Shown here: positions 39,321-51,383 of the stretch, piece by piece
How positions within the stretch are numbered: the first letter of the stretch is position 1
Layout of the letters: every line of letters starts with the position of its first letter
Assembly: GCA_951406725.2 (NCBI GenBank)
Contig: OX597822.1
Span: 89,652,001 to 89,716,000 of the forward strand
DNA length: 64,000 nucleotides
Origin: Octopus vulgaris
Taxonomy: Eukaryota
Reading direction: 5' to 3'
The notes under the pieces: generated by a model
The model's input: only the letters and a program-made list of their open reading frames with translations
Databases searched by the model: none
What the model was told of the DNA's origin: nothing
Program-made: the position numbers and the translations under genes

Positions 39321-39684
39321 TCTTTTACTTGTTTCAGTCATTTGACTGTGGCCATGCTGGAGCACCGCCTTTAATCGAGCAACTCAACCCCGGGACTTAT
39401 ACTTTGTAAGCCCAGTACTTATGCTATCGGTCTCGTTTTGCCGAACCGCTAAGTAATGGGGACATAAACACACCAGCATCGGTTGTCAAGCAATGCTAGG
39501 GGGACAAACACACACACATATATACAACGGGCTTCTTTAAGTTTCCGTCTACCAAATCCACTCTCAAGGCTTTGGTCGGCCCGAGGCTACAGTAGAAGAC
39601 ACTTGCCCAAGATGCCATGCAGTGGGACTGAACCTGGAACCATGTGGTTGGTAAACAAGCTACTTACCACACAGCCACTCCTGT
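39321..39684 (-). mobile_element. SINE A, full length
   Basis: A box TGGCTGTGTGG, B box GGTTCAGTCCC on minus strand. Confidence 0.92.
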
Positions 39685-40439
39685 CCACAAAAACAATACT
39701 AAAGAGCTTGTTAAGGTTTCATCAACCATGCTGATTTAACACTGCAATAAAAAAAAAGTACAGGCATTGTACTCTTCTAGCATATCTAACCCATTATAAA
39801 TGGCAGCGAAATCATCAGCTTTGAAAAGGAATGACATTGTCCTTGATGCACTGAACAAAAAGAAATCAGAATTATTTAATCAAAGTTGTGCTGGATCAAG
39901 GCTAAATGGAATTACTGCAACATACATGACAATTCAGTGAAGTGTGTTGGGCGACGACTGGAGAAACTAACAGCTGTGATGCTCCCCCACTACTGCTTGT
40001 GGTCAGAGATGCACATGTCGTCAGCCACTAAGGGACATGCTCAACTGGTTATTATGGTCAAACAACTGACAAGCAAATCTGTGGTATTGAGCAGAATATT
40101 TGCTGTAGCCCATTATTATTATTATTATTATTATTACCAATACTAATTTCACTGTTTCTATACCATAGGTTACTATTTTTGTTGTGAATATTTGCTTTTG
40201 CATAGCTGCTCTTGTTATTATATGTGTTTACCTGTTCAGATATTTATATGATGTGTTTAGCAGTTATTTCCCTTGCTTCGTTTTCTTTGTTAACTTTATT
40301 TTTTTCTGGCTAACCACAAAGTGTGGGTGTTACTGTAGTTACTGTAGCTTTTTAGCCCTAGGAGATCATCGTCTCCAGTTGGCTTTAGACACACTTTCTG
40401 TGCCTTGAAGTATTTGCGAAGGGAGGCCATCCCTTCCTC

Positions 40440-40701
40440 GCAAGCCTGAGTGATACGCACGGACCGGTTTCGAGATTATTGTCTCTTATCAATGGGTGGT
40501 AACCACCAGGTCACGATGAAAGACAAGGCCTGCTTTGCAAATATATAAGAGTTTTTCTAGTGACGTCTGCTACTGATTTCGAAAAACTGACTGTAAGCAT
40601 TATTAAAGCAGGCCTTGTCTTTCATCGTGACCTGGTGGTTACCGCCCATTGATAAGAGACAATAATCTCGAAACCGGTCCGTGCGTATCACTCAGGCTTG
40701 C
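40440..40701. repeat. Foldback element: 97-bp inverted arms (1 mismatch), 68-bp spacer
   Basis: 40440-40536 is the reverse complement of 40605-40701; ATCCCTTCCTCGCAA direct repeat at 40429-40443 and 40704-40718. Confidence 0.95.
40649..40679 (+). ncRNA. Minimal hammerhead ribozyme-like motif, U3-A8 variant (mirror copy at 40462-40492 on -)
   Basis: UUGAUAA-GAGA(caauaa)UCUC-GAAAC-CG-GUC; stem I only partly paired. Confidence 0.55.
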
Positions 40702-40723
40702 AAATCCCTTCCTCGCAATTTGC

Positions 40724-42981
40724 AATGCCACTATGAAAGGTTGCTGAATAAAGAAAATGAATGGGATAAAGAGAGTCTGCTGAATGTCAACCCAACAGAG
40801 GGACCAGCCATCCGAGTTGAAAATTCTTTGGTAGTAAAGCAATTAGAAGCATGAAGACAGGGAAAGCCCCAGGCCCATCAGGAATTACTGCAGAGATGCT
40901 CAAAATATCTGGCAGTGTCGGCTATAACCTAGTCACCCGTATAGTCAACCAGGTGATACACGAAGGAGTCATACCCAATGACTGGTGTAGCAGCATACTA
41001 GTCAACTGCTACAAAGGTAAGGGTGACACCCTAGATACAAATAATTACAGAGGTATCAAGCTGTTGGATCAGGTAATGAAGGTTACGGAGAGGGTCATAG
41101 CCCAACTAATTAGAGAGAGAGTTAGTTTAGATGAGATGCAGTTTGGGTTCGTGCCAGGGAAAAGTACCACTGATGCTATATTCCTGGTAAGGCAGCTGCA
41201 AGAGAAATACCTAGCCAAAGATAAGCCCCTGTACCTGGCTTTCGTTGACATGGAGAAAGCCTTTGACAGGGTCCCCCGATCCCTTATCTGGTGGTCAATG
41301 AGGAAACTAGGGATAGATGAAAGGCTGGTGAGGGCTGTGCAAGCCATGTACAGAGATGCCGTAAGTAAGGTTAGGGTTGGCAACATGTACACAGAAGAAT
41401 TCAAAGTAGAGGTTGGGGTCCACTAGGGTTCAGTACTCAGCCCCCTCCTATTTATCATAGTCCTCCAGGCAATTACGGAGGAATTCAAGACAGGTTGCCC
41501 CTGGGAGCTCCTCTATACTGACGACCTTGCTCTAATTGCTGAGTCACTATCAGAACTGGAGGAGAAGTTCCAGGTGTGGAAGGAGGGTTTAGAATCGAGG
41601 GGCCTTAGAGTCAGCCTAGCTAAAACCAAAGTACTAATAAGTAGGAAGGTAGACAATCCACAAATGTCTTCAGGAAGATGGCCCTGCTCGATCTGTAGAA
41701 AAGGTGTAGGTAGAAACTCTATAAGATGTACCCAGTGTAAGCTATGGACATATAAGAGGTGCAGCAATGTCAAAGGTAGGCTAACTGGGAAGATAGTTTT
41801 TGTATGTGGCAGATGCTCGGGAGCATTAACCTCCGAAAATCTGCAGAAAACAACTTCCGTCACTTTCCAGGGGGAATAACTAGAAGTAGTTGATAGCTTC
41901 CGTTATCTAGGTGACCAAGTCAGTAGTGGGGGTGGGTGCGTTGAAAGTGTAACTGCTAGAATAAGAATAGCCTGGGCAAAGTTTAGGGAGCTCTTACCTC
42001 TGCTGGTGACTAAAGGCCTCTCGCTCAGAGTAAAAGGCAGACTGTATGATGCATGTGTACGAACAGCTATGCTACATGGCAGTGAAACATGGGCCGTGAC
42101 TGCTGAGGACATGCGTAAGCTCGCGAGGAATGAAGCCAGTATGCTCCGATGGATGTGTAATGTCAGTGTACATACTCGACAGAGCGTTAGTACCTTGAGA
42201 GAAATGTTGTACCTAAGAAGCATCAGTTGTGGTGTGCAAGAAAGACGATTGCGCTGGTATGGTCATGTGGCGAGAATGGATGAAGATAGGCGTGTGAAAA
42301 AGTGCCAATCCCTAGCAGTTGAGGGAACCCGTGGAAGAGGTAGACCCAGGAAAACCTGGGACGAGGTGGTGAAGCACGACCTTCGAACTTTAGGCCTCAC
42401 TGAGGAAATGACCAGCGACCGAGACCTTTGGAAATATGCTGTACATGAGAAGACCAGGCAGGACAAGTGAGCCCAGCCCACTTATGCATGCCTTTCCTCC
42501 CTTGGACACAAAGACCTGTTGAGGCAAGCAAAGTCGATATCGAACCTCATCCGACGACAGGCACCCATGCCAACCCCCTTTGCTTGCGAAGACATGTTGG
42601 GGCAAGTGAAATCGAAATTGAACCAATCCTATGACTGGCACCCAGCAGATGCCAGGACGCCTGGACTGGTGGTACGTAAAAAGCACTATCCGAATCGTGG
42701 CCGATGCCAGTGCCGCCTTGACTGGCTTCCGTGCCGGTGGCACGTAAAATGCACCAATCCGACCGTGGCCGTTGCCAGCCTCGCCTGGCACCTGTGCGGG
42801 TGGCACGTAAAAAGCACCCACTACACTCACGGAGTGGTTGGCGTTAGGAAGGGCATCCAGCTGTAGAAACGTTACCAGATAAGACTGGAGCCTGGTGCAG
42901 CCTTCTGGCTTCCCAGATCCCCAGTCGAACCGTCCAACCCATGCTAGCATGGAGAATGGATGTTAAACGATGATGATGATG
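40724..42981 (+). mobile_element. Young 5'-truncated RTE LINE (RT, PHD-like insert, C-terminus, 3' UTR, (GAT)n tail)
   Basis: Single reading frame 40851-42470 broken only by stops at 41424 and 41877; KAPGPSGI, NYRGIKLL, QFGFVPG, FVDMEKAFDRV, LYTDD, FRYLG, GRGRPRKTW. Confidence 0.96.
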
Positions 42982-43189
42982 TTGGTATTCTTCTCTATAC
43001 TATATATCCATTCATTTTACCTATCTTTATCTCTATTACTCTTATAATTATAGACATTATCCTTGGATTTTAAGTTATTTCCCTTATTAACCTCATTGTC
43101 TGGATCTATATATATATATATATATATTTTTTGTGTAAGTTCAATTTTTTCTTTATATCCTGGCTTACTAAATGCTAGGTTATAATGGT

Positions 43190-43530
43190 TTTCATTTTGT
43201 TTGAATACTTCATCTACTGATAGGTTTGAAATACATGAAACATTTTCAACTATTTTCTCTGTTATGCTTCTAGGATGATTGCTGTTTTATTTATGCATTT
43301 TAAGTTACTGTTAGGTTAATGGTACAGTTTATATGTTCCTTCACTAAGATCTAAATTAATATCAAGGAAGTTAGTTGAATTGTGTTCATTTTCAACAGAT
43401 ATTGATAGTCCTATATTTCTAAAGAATTTGAAGAGTCTTTTCTTATACTTCTCAATTTGGCTGTTAGAGTGGTTACCCAGAGTGAATAGTGCATTATCCC
43501 TGTATAGATCGCCTCCTAGCTCAGCAAATT
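43190..43530 (-). mobile_element. Penelope-like RT remnant
   Basis: GDLYRDNAL...KKRLFKFFRNIGLSI...NFLDINLDL..GTYKLY. Confidence 0.8.
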
Positions 43531-44168
43531 CCCTATTTATTGTAAACAGTATATATATATATATATATATATATATACTACCATTCACCACTTGAAGGAT
43601 AAAGTACATTTGCCAACTACTGACCTATTCTTGGGCAGCTAGTCACTTATTTTTCTAACCAGCAGAGTTGAAACGGTCAGAATTTAGGCTATTTTTAGAA
43701 TACTAAAATGTGTATGGAATATTTTGGTTGGACTTGTACTTAGTTCAGATGGGATCTAAAATGCTATTAATAGCACCCTGAAGAAGCAGCAATTAACACT
43801 AAAATGCACACCAAGATGCAAAATTTTGCAATGTGCATAAAACTGTGGCAGAAATGGAAGGATGTTGTTGACTGCAGAATAAAAATGTATATATAAATCT
43901 CTGTTCTCCTTATTATTAATACATTATTTCTTCTCTACCGACAACATATGTCTCAATAGAGACATGTGGATTTACTAATGTGAAGATTTATTTAGGATAG
44001 TTAAATAAATTAAGTGGAGTTTTTAGCCAGCATTATTAACTGGTAAAAGTTAATATGGTACTCACTAGGATTGTATGTCCCTACCAACCTAATTTAGAAA
44101 TTTACCTCGGCACTAGTTGCCATGACAGATCGTTAGCCACTACACACATTTTTTTCTCCTTGTTTTTT

Positions 44169-44196
44169 CTGTAGAAGAGCGTAGGCTCGAAACGTA
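44169..44196 (+). ncRNA. Hammerhead-like motif with non-canonical position 6, in a probable Penelope-derived tail (~44100-44290)
   Basis: CUGUAGA-A-GAGC(guag)GCUC-GAAAC-GUA flanked by UUUUU / AAAGA stem I. Confidence 0.45.
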
Positions 44197-45031
44197 AAAG
44201 ACTTTTTCTATTCTTGAGCGTTTACATCTGTTTGTTTTGTACACCACCTGTCTTCGTCTTTTGTTTTTTTCGTAAACTCTCCCTAGATATATTATACATT
44301 TGGGATGCTGACATTATTAAAAGTGCACTTTTAAAAATTTTATCTTAAAAAAGTTAGTAATCAGTTTCAAATACTATAGAAGATAGAAAATAATTTGTTC
44401 TTCATCGTTTCAGATTTATATTTGTGAAATATTCAAATTTTATACTGCACATTTTATAATGTTTTAGAAAAATTAAAAAGTTTAATAGAGCATAATGCCA
44501 GAATATTTTAGCAATATAAACAAATTTATATATGAAACAATGAAAGAATAAACTATTCTCGATTCTCTATGATACTGCATACTTAAATTTTCACTCATTA
44601 CTTAGTCTGCTCAGACTACAGAATATAAGTCACTCTTCAGGTTGAGGAATGTAATATAGAAGTTGACTGTTAGCTCAGGGTTTTATTTTAAAAATACATT
44701 CTTAAATTTCTTTGTAGAGCATTGCACAGTGTTTTTGGATAATTGGAAATGTAAGATATAATCATTTTCTTAAATAAATATACAATTTTAAAATCACTGT
44801 AAAAAATCTCACTATATGTTTATTAAAAAAAGCATACCATTTTTTCAAATTATATTCTTTATATAGACAATAGGAACCAGGATTAAATTTTGAGGTAATT
44901 CTTAAAAATTATATTTCATAAAGATTCAATTCTACTAAGGATATAAATATTAATTATCCAAATTTCACTTCCATAAATTTTGTTGGGGCTAAAATTTGTA
45001 TATTGCTTTAAAATGGAAAGTGATAAATTAA

Positions 45032-45251
45032 CCCTTTTGTTATTGTATTTATTGTGAGATGCTCTGTATTTCTTTCAATTACTTTAAATATAACAAAGAA
45101 TTTAGTAAAATAACTTAGTTATCATTAAGCTGGTGTTAGGAACATAAATTGTGACTAAGGTTTCGTGGAAGATTTTAATTCAAAACTTATGAAAACAAGA
45201 CATTTGTACTCAGAGCCAGAGCCAGTTTCAGCTGGGTTGGTAACAAAAGGG
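45032..45251. mobile_element. piggyBac-type MITE
   Basis: TTAA duplicated on both sides; TIRs CCCTTTTGTTA / TAACAAAAGGG. Confidence 0.85.
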
Positions 45252-45728
45252 TTAATGTAAATATAATTTTTAAAATTTTGTGATTATTATTTTTAAATTA
45301 CATTATGTAATCACAATGTTGCAGCTCCATAAGGAAGAAGAATTAAAGTGTATGATGATCTTGTTTCTTTCAAAGGCATCAGAGACTTAAATGAAGTAAA
45401 CTGGCACCGACGAAATACTGAAACCTGGTATTCAGGAAAATAACTATTTACAGCAACAATTCATGAAAATTTAGCAAATCAACACCCGAGATAACAAAAA
45501 AAGTTGTTCAAAAAGAAAATTATAAAAACTAAAAGGAGTAAAAAGATCTCGGAAAAATTTTCAGTTCCTGTTTTTCAGATTTCACTTCCATACCGTAGGT
45601 GCATGGGTATGTAAATACAAATTTAAATTTTCATGAATTTTCAAACTGTAAGACAACAATTTTTTTTTTTATTTTGTAACAGAAATTTCAATTATTAATT
45701 TCAAAATATAATGTTCACAACAAATCTG

Positions 45729-45877
45729 TCAGTTTTCAAGTTCTTTCACTTTAGCTTGCTGCTCAATAAACTGAATATAAGCCTTCTTTTCTAAGGACGT
45801 TGATGGAACATAATGGCCACCAGCATGCTGAAGTATTGTACAGTTAGTGTAATTTTCTAAAAGTTCTTCACTCATAC
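45729..45877 (-). CDS. OVCA2: OVCA2/FSH1-family esterase, last coding exon (catalytic His)
   Basis: ttTAG acceptor, (S)MSEELLENYTNCTILQHAGGHYVPSTSLEKKAYIQFIEQQAKVKELEN*. Confidence 0.92.
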
Positions 45878-46315
45878 CTAAAATAGAAAGAGACACAAAA
45901 TAATTAAATGAAAAACAATTGAAAATAGTTTTGACAATTGAAAATGTAGCAAGATGCAACACAAATTAAAAAAAGAAAAGAAAGAAATTGAATAAATAAT
46001 TATTCTTAAATATCTTTCCTATACTATTATATGACAACTGAATACTAAATCTACCTTGAGTGTAAGACACACACACCCATATATATATAAGAGGGCAAAA
46101 TGTACGTATGCCGCTATATATATATATATAAAATACAAAATGGACAAGAACGCAAAATATCCGGACAGCTAGGTGATACAAAAAGGGACAATAAAACATC
46201 CAGATAGACAATATAAAGAAAACAAGGACAGGTCATTTGAAGTTTTCTATCCTCAGTCAAGCACCAGATTATCCTCACAATTTCGGCTGATATATATATA
46301 CATATATATATATTA

Positions 46316-47192
46316 CAGGGTAGGTGAAAAAGTAAGTAGGCATTGAAAATTGGCAATAAAATCCATATTCTTTTTACAAATTTATTGAAACAAATGATAC
46401 GTGTTCTTTATTACATGGGAAAATGAAAGTAAATCTTCATAATTCAACGTAAGCATCGGTGGCGTCAACAAGTTTCCTGAAACGACCAGGGATGGAATGA
46501 ACAAACTTTTGAAGGACATCGTCTGGGTTATCATTGAGAACCGCCTGAATCAGCATCTCCAAGTGGTCCAGTGTGCAAGGTTTTGTCTTGTACACCTCTT
46601 CTTTTGTGTAACCCCACAGGTAAAAATCACATGGAGTGAGTTCTGGACTTCTGCAGTCACAGTCTTCAGGTTTTAGATCCTGCATGTAATGGAGTTTCCA
46701 TGGACGAAAATTCAATTCTTTATGCAACACCATTCTTATTGTGTGTCTTGTTAGTCCACTTTCATGAGCTGCTTGACGTGTTGATTTTTGTTGGCTTCGA
46801 TTAAGCATTTCCTGCACTGGTGCCACATTCTCTGCTGACGGGATGTAGTTGAGTGGCCACTTCTTCTTGTATCATTCAGAGAGCCTGTGGTCATCAGCTT
46901 TGCATGACAATTTTTTATTGTCTTCAGATGTAGTGTTGCATGCTTACCTTTCCATGCATGCCACCATCTCAGAACCAAAACAATGGAATTCCACACTTCA
47001 TAGTGTGCTGCTATCTTAGCTTGCTCCTGATCAGTCAAGAGACTGGTCATCTGGAGAATAAGAAACAAGAAATAAGAAAATAAGAAATTCCCATTAGTGT
47101 TGTTTGTTTAAAAAATGTTTTCGTCATGACTTCAGTGATACTAAAAATTCTATAAGCGATTTCTAATGCCTAGTTACTTTCTACCCACCCTG
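46316..47192 (-). mobile_element. Tc1/mariner element, internally deleted
   Basis: TA duplication, imperfect TIRs CAGGGTAGGTGAAAAAGTAAGTAGGCATT / AATGCCTAGTTACTTTCTACCCACCCTG; N-terminal HTH, KSTRQAA, joined directly to RSPELTPCDFYLWG. Confidence 0.92.
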
Positions 47193-47539
47193 TATGTGTG
47201 TGTGTGTGTGTGTATACATACATACATACATACAAAGGGAAGTATTTGAAAAAGTGAAATGGCTTTATACGTGGTGTTATGGCTAAGTATGTTAAAGAAG
47301 AGATATATAGCTACCTTATACCATATAATGGTGGGTGGAAGCAGCTGCGAAGGGGATAAAAAAAATAATGGTAGGGTGCCAGAGGAAACACTCTAGGTAC
47401 AAAAAGGTGAGGATGTGAAGGGTGGATCATTGGAGGAGAGAGGGATAGTTTCCTAAGAGTGTGAGAGGAGAGTAAAGATAGAGATAGGGGTAGAGGTGAA
47501 TGTAGTGTGTGCTAAACAAGGGTGGAGGTGCACTTCCTG

Positions 47540-49080
47540 GCCCTAACTCCTCTACAAGTTCCATCCACTTTAAGCAAGTGACACCATGCTAGCATGGAAA
47601 GTGGATGCTAAACGATTGTGATGATGATGACACTTCTTCACGCAGCTATCCTCATGACCAAACCAGTGCAGTTTTCTTTCTACATCTGATTCCACTTATG
47701 CCTAATTTTTCTGTCAATACCTTAGTATAGTAGTGTACATATATACAGACATTGTACATTTTAATGGAACACTTTAGCTTCACTCCTCTCTAGTTGTTAC
47801 ATGTCCACTGCATTCAGAGCCCAGGTCTCATTACTATGTAGCATTGTTGTTCAAACACAAACATCATACAATCTACCTTTTACTCTGAAAGAGAGACAAC
47901 TTTTTTACCAACAGGACTTTGTTCATGCTATTTTTATTCTATCAACTATACATTTAGAACATCCTCCTCCACTTCTAAGTAGGTCACCTAGGTAACACAG
48001 TAACTACCTACTACCTCCATGATATATGAGAAAACCTGTGTCCATAGTTTGCACTGAATATCATATGGAATTCCTGCCTGTACCATTCCTACATATCTAT
48101 CTGAGGGGAGTGGAGTCCTGTCAGTTTTCTTGTTTACTTTGGTCTTTCATAAGTTAACTTTAAGGTCCTTTGATTCTGAGTTTTGGAATTTTTTTTCCAA
48201 TTCTACTACAGATTTCACTATGAGACTGAGGTTACACAAAGGTAGCCTGTCTTAAATTCCTGTTATGGTTTGGAGAACAATGACAAATAAGAGAGGACTG
48301 AGAGCTGAACCTTGGTAAACTCCTACCTGTTCCCTGAATTCATCACGGCTAACTCTCATCTTACTGATAGCACCCCTGTATATGGCTTTCACAATCTACC
48401 CCTAGTTTCCTTAGAGGCTACCAGATTACAGAGCAAGGGACTCTATTGAAGGCTTTCTTCAGGTTAATGGCTTACTTTTAGCTAGTCCTCCCTGACACAA
48501 AATAAATTTCATCTCATGTAGGATAACTTTCTTTCAAATTTATTGGGCTAGAACTCTTTCCATAATTTTCATGACCAGGCCCTGCAATTTTAAACCTCTC
48601 TAATTACTTCTAAGGTATTTCCTAAACTATTGCAGTAGCTGACAATAATGTTACTACACCAATCATTTGGGATGACAACTCCCTATACAACTATATGAGT
48701 GACTAGGCCATATACTACTCTGCCAGATATTTTCAGCATCTTAGTGGCAATTCCTGATGAACTAGAGGCTTTCCCTGCCTTCATATACTTAATTGCTACT
48801 GTCATTTAGGACAGTTGGTCCCTCTGCTAGCTGCATACTATGAAGACTCTCTTTCTCCCAGATATTCTTCATGTTTAAAAACCTTTCATAGTGGCATTTC
48901 TATGTCTCTTTCTTCTCAGAATCACTAAGTGCAAGTGCACCTTTATTTATCTACAAACACTTCTTACCCACAACATTTTGATTTTCTCTGATACACTATC
49001 TTAATCTAAAAAAAACTTTGATACTCACACTGTACAACATTGGAAAATCTACTTTCTATTTCTCCCTTTGCTACATAAAC
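47540..49080 (-). mobile_element. Degenerate RTE LINE
   Basis: Reverse-complement RT motifs (VGVYQGSALSPLLF, KAFNRVP, GKASSSSG). Confidence 0.8.
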
Positions 49081-49139
49081 CTGTCACAGGTGCACTAGAG
49101 CAATACACTCCAAGAAAGACTTTCTTAAATGCCCTGATA

Positions 49140-49680
49140 CTTCACTGGAAGTAGTTGCTAACTTCTATTACTTAGGTGATATAATTAGCAGGCAAAGTGG
49201 TTGTTCAGAAAATATAGTTGCCAGGATAAAAGCAGGTTGGTAAAAAAATTCATGGAGCTACAACTGCAGGCAATGAAGGTTTTTTTTTCCTTCAGAATGA
49301 AGGTATGACACAATCATTCATGCTGAATAATAGTGTGATGTGGGCCTTGAATGTACAAGTCTTGTAAAGGCAGGCATGCTCTGTTGGATGAGTGATGTGA
49401 ATATGAATGAATACCTGTGTATGAATAAACTACGAGAAAATATGAATGCCTGTGTATGAATAAACTACGAGGAATCAGGTGTTGATAAAATGCTAGTCAG
49501 TGTCGGCATGTGATGCACATGGAGGATGATTGTTGTATAAAGAAGGGCTGAGCACTCCAAGTTATGGAACCTACAGAAGAAGAAAACTAAGGAAGACTCA
49601 AGACAAAATGGTGAAAGCTGATCTGAAGATGACAAAGGACCATCACAATTGGCAATATGCAGTGTTGTAGAAGACTTGTC
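49140..49680 (+). mobile_element. Degenerate RTE LINE C-terminal fragment
   Basis: LEVVANFYYLGD..., weak similarity to 41880-42470. Confidence 0.6.
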
Positions 49681-49861
49681 CACTCATGGCCAATGTACTC
49701 TTAATTCAAGGGTAATGTTTAGTAGCTGCGATATTTGTCCCTTGTCAGGCCTATATTTGTTGTCCTTTTATCTCACATCTGTGACTTCCTCTGTCAATGT
49801 CTTTCATCTCCCCAACCATTTGCATTGATCCCTCTCTCTTTACAACCATATATATATATTC

Positions 49862-50075
49862 TCTCTCTTTTACTTGTTTCAGTCATTTGACTGTGGCCAT
49901 GCTGGAGCACCGCCTTTAATCAAGCAACTCGACCCTGGGACTTATTCTTTGTAAGCCTAGTACGTATTCTATCGGTCTCTTTTGCTGAACCGCTAAGTTA
50001 CGGGGACATAAACACACCAGCATCGGTTGTCAGGCGATGTTGGATGGGACAAACATAGACACACAAACATACACG

Positions 50076-50111
<36 letters not shown>

Positions 50112-50275
50112 CGATGGGCTTCTTTCAGTTTTCCGTCTACCAAATCCACTCACAAGGCTTTGGTCAGCCCGAGGCTATAGTAGAAGACACTTGCCCAAGG
50201 TGCCACACAGTGGGACTGAACCCGGAACCATGTGGTTGGTAAACAAGCTACTTACCACACAACCACTCCTGTGCC
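49862..50275 (-). mobile_element. SINE A, full length
   Basis: A/B boxes and complete body, central (TA)n/(CA)n tract. Confidence 0.92.
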
Positions 50276-50503
50276 TGGTGAGCTGGCAGAAACGTTAGCA
50301 CACTGGGCGAAATGCGTAGCCGTATTTCGTCTGCCGTTACGTTCTGAGTTCAAATTCCGCCGAGGTCAACTTTGCCTTTCATCCTTTTGGGGTTGATAAA
50401 TAAAGTACCAGTTACGCACTGGGGTCGATGTAATCGACTTAATCCCTTTGTCTGTCCTTGTTTGTCCCCTCTATGTTTAGCCCCTTGTGGGCAGTAAAGA
50501 AAT
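50276..50503 (+). mobile_element. tRNA-derived SINE family B (Nin/Deu-like core)
   Basis: TGGCAGAAACG A box, GAGTTCAAATTCC B box, GCCTTTCATCCTTT.GGGGT.GATAAA core. Confidence 0.92.
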
Positions 50504-51242
50504 ATATATATATATATCATAATCATTTAATTTCCACTTTTCCATGCTTGCATAGGGTTGGATGGTATTTACTGAGGCACATTTTCTATGGCCAGATGCT
50601 CTTCCTGTCACTTGTTTCCAAGCAAAGGTGATATTCCCCCATAGGCAGATATGTCCTTGAAGAGTATTGGAAATGAGTGACACTTCTTGCATGACAGTGA
50701 CACTCACTCACAACTATCATGCAATGTTAAAGCAAGAAAACATAAACACACACACACACAGAAGCTTCTTTCAGTTTCCATCTATTAGATCCACCCACAA
50801 GACTTGGCTGGCCCTTCTATTGAAGAAGACACTTATCCAAGGTGCCAAGCAGTGGGACTGAATTTGGAAACACGTGCTTCTTACCACACAGTCATGTCTG
50901 CACATACATATTTATATCTAACACACATTTTTAATGTAATTAGCTCACAATTTTTTATGCTTGTGTTGTGAAAAGCAAGTTAATATGAATACATTTTATT
51001 AATCATCTTGAACATCATAAAGTAAGGAGATTATCCTAGCATATCTCAAGGCTGATTCTCTGCTCTTCTAAACACATACACCATCTCACTCTCTTACACA
51101 TGAAAAACTTATCAATGATGGCTATGCAAATCAGACACAAACAATTACCTATCAGAAACAGTGATAGTCTTGCTATGAAATTCTCTTCATAGGCAGAAGG
51201 GTAAAGAACACTTGTCCTTTGAATAGACTTTTTTTTACTTAC

Positions 51243-51383
51243 TCTTTGGAATGACACGGTCTGTTTCTCCAAAAACATGCAGTGTTGGAATGGTAACTTT
51301 TTGTTCATACAATGACTGATGTTGTAAACTCTTACTTTTAAAAGAAGCAACCATAATTGCAAATGAAAATTTCAGGTCTCCAT
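51243..51383 (-). CDS. OVCA2: OVCA2 exon (catalytic Asp)
   Basis: tacAG / GTAAGT, 141 nt, (D)GDLKFSFAIMVASFKSKSLQHQSLYEQKVTIPTLHVFGETDRVIPK. Confidence 0.95.

Noticed and set aside
42660-42830. CRISPR-like repeat/spacer pattern
   Set aside because: Eukaryotic LINE UTR; spacers are related to each other and there are no cas genes
43776-43810. CTGAAGA followed by a short spacer, possible further hammerhead
   Set aside because: No stem II and no GAAAC box
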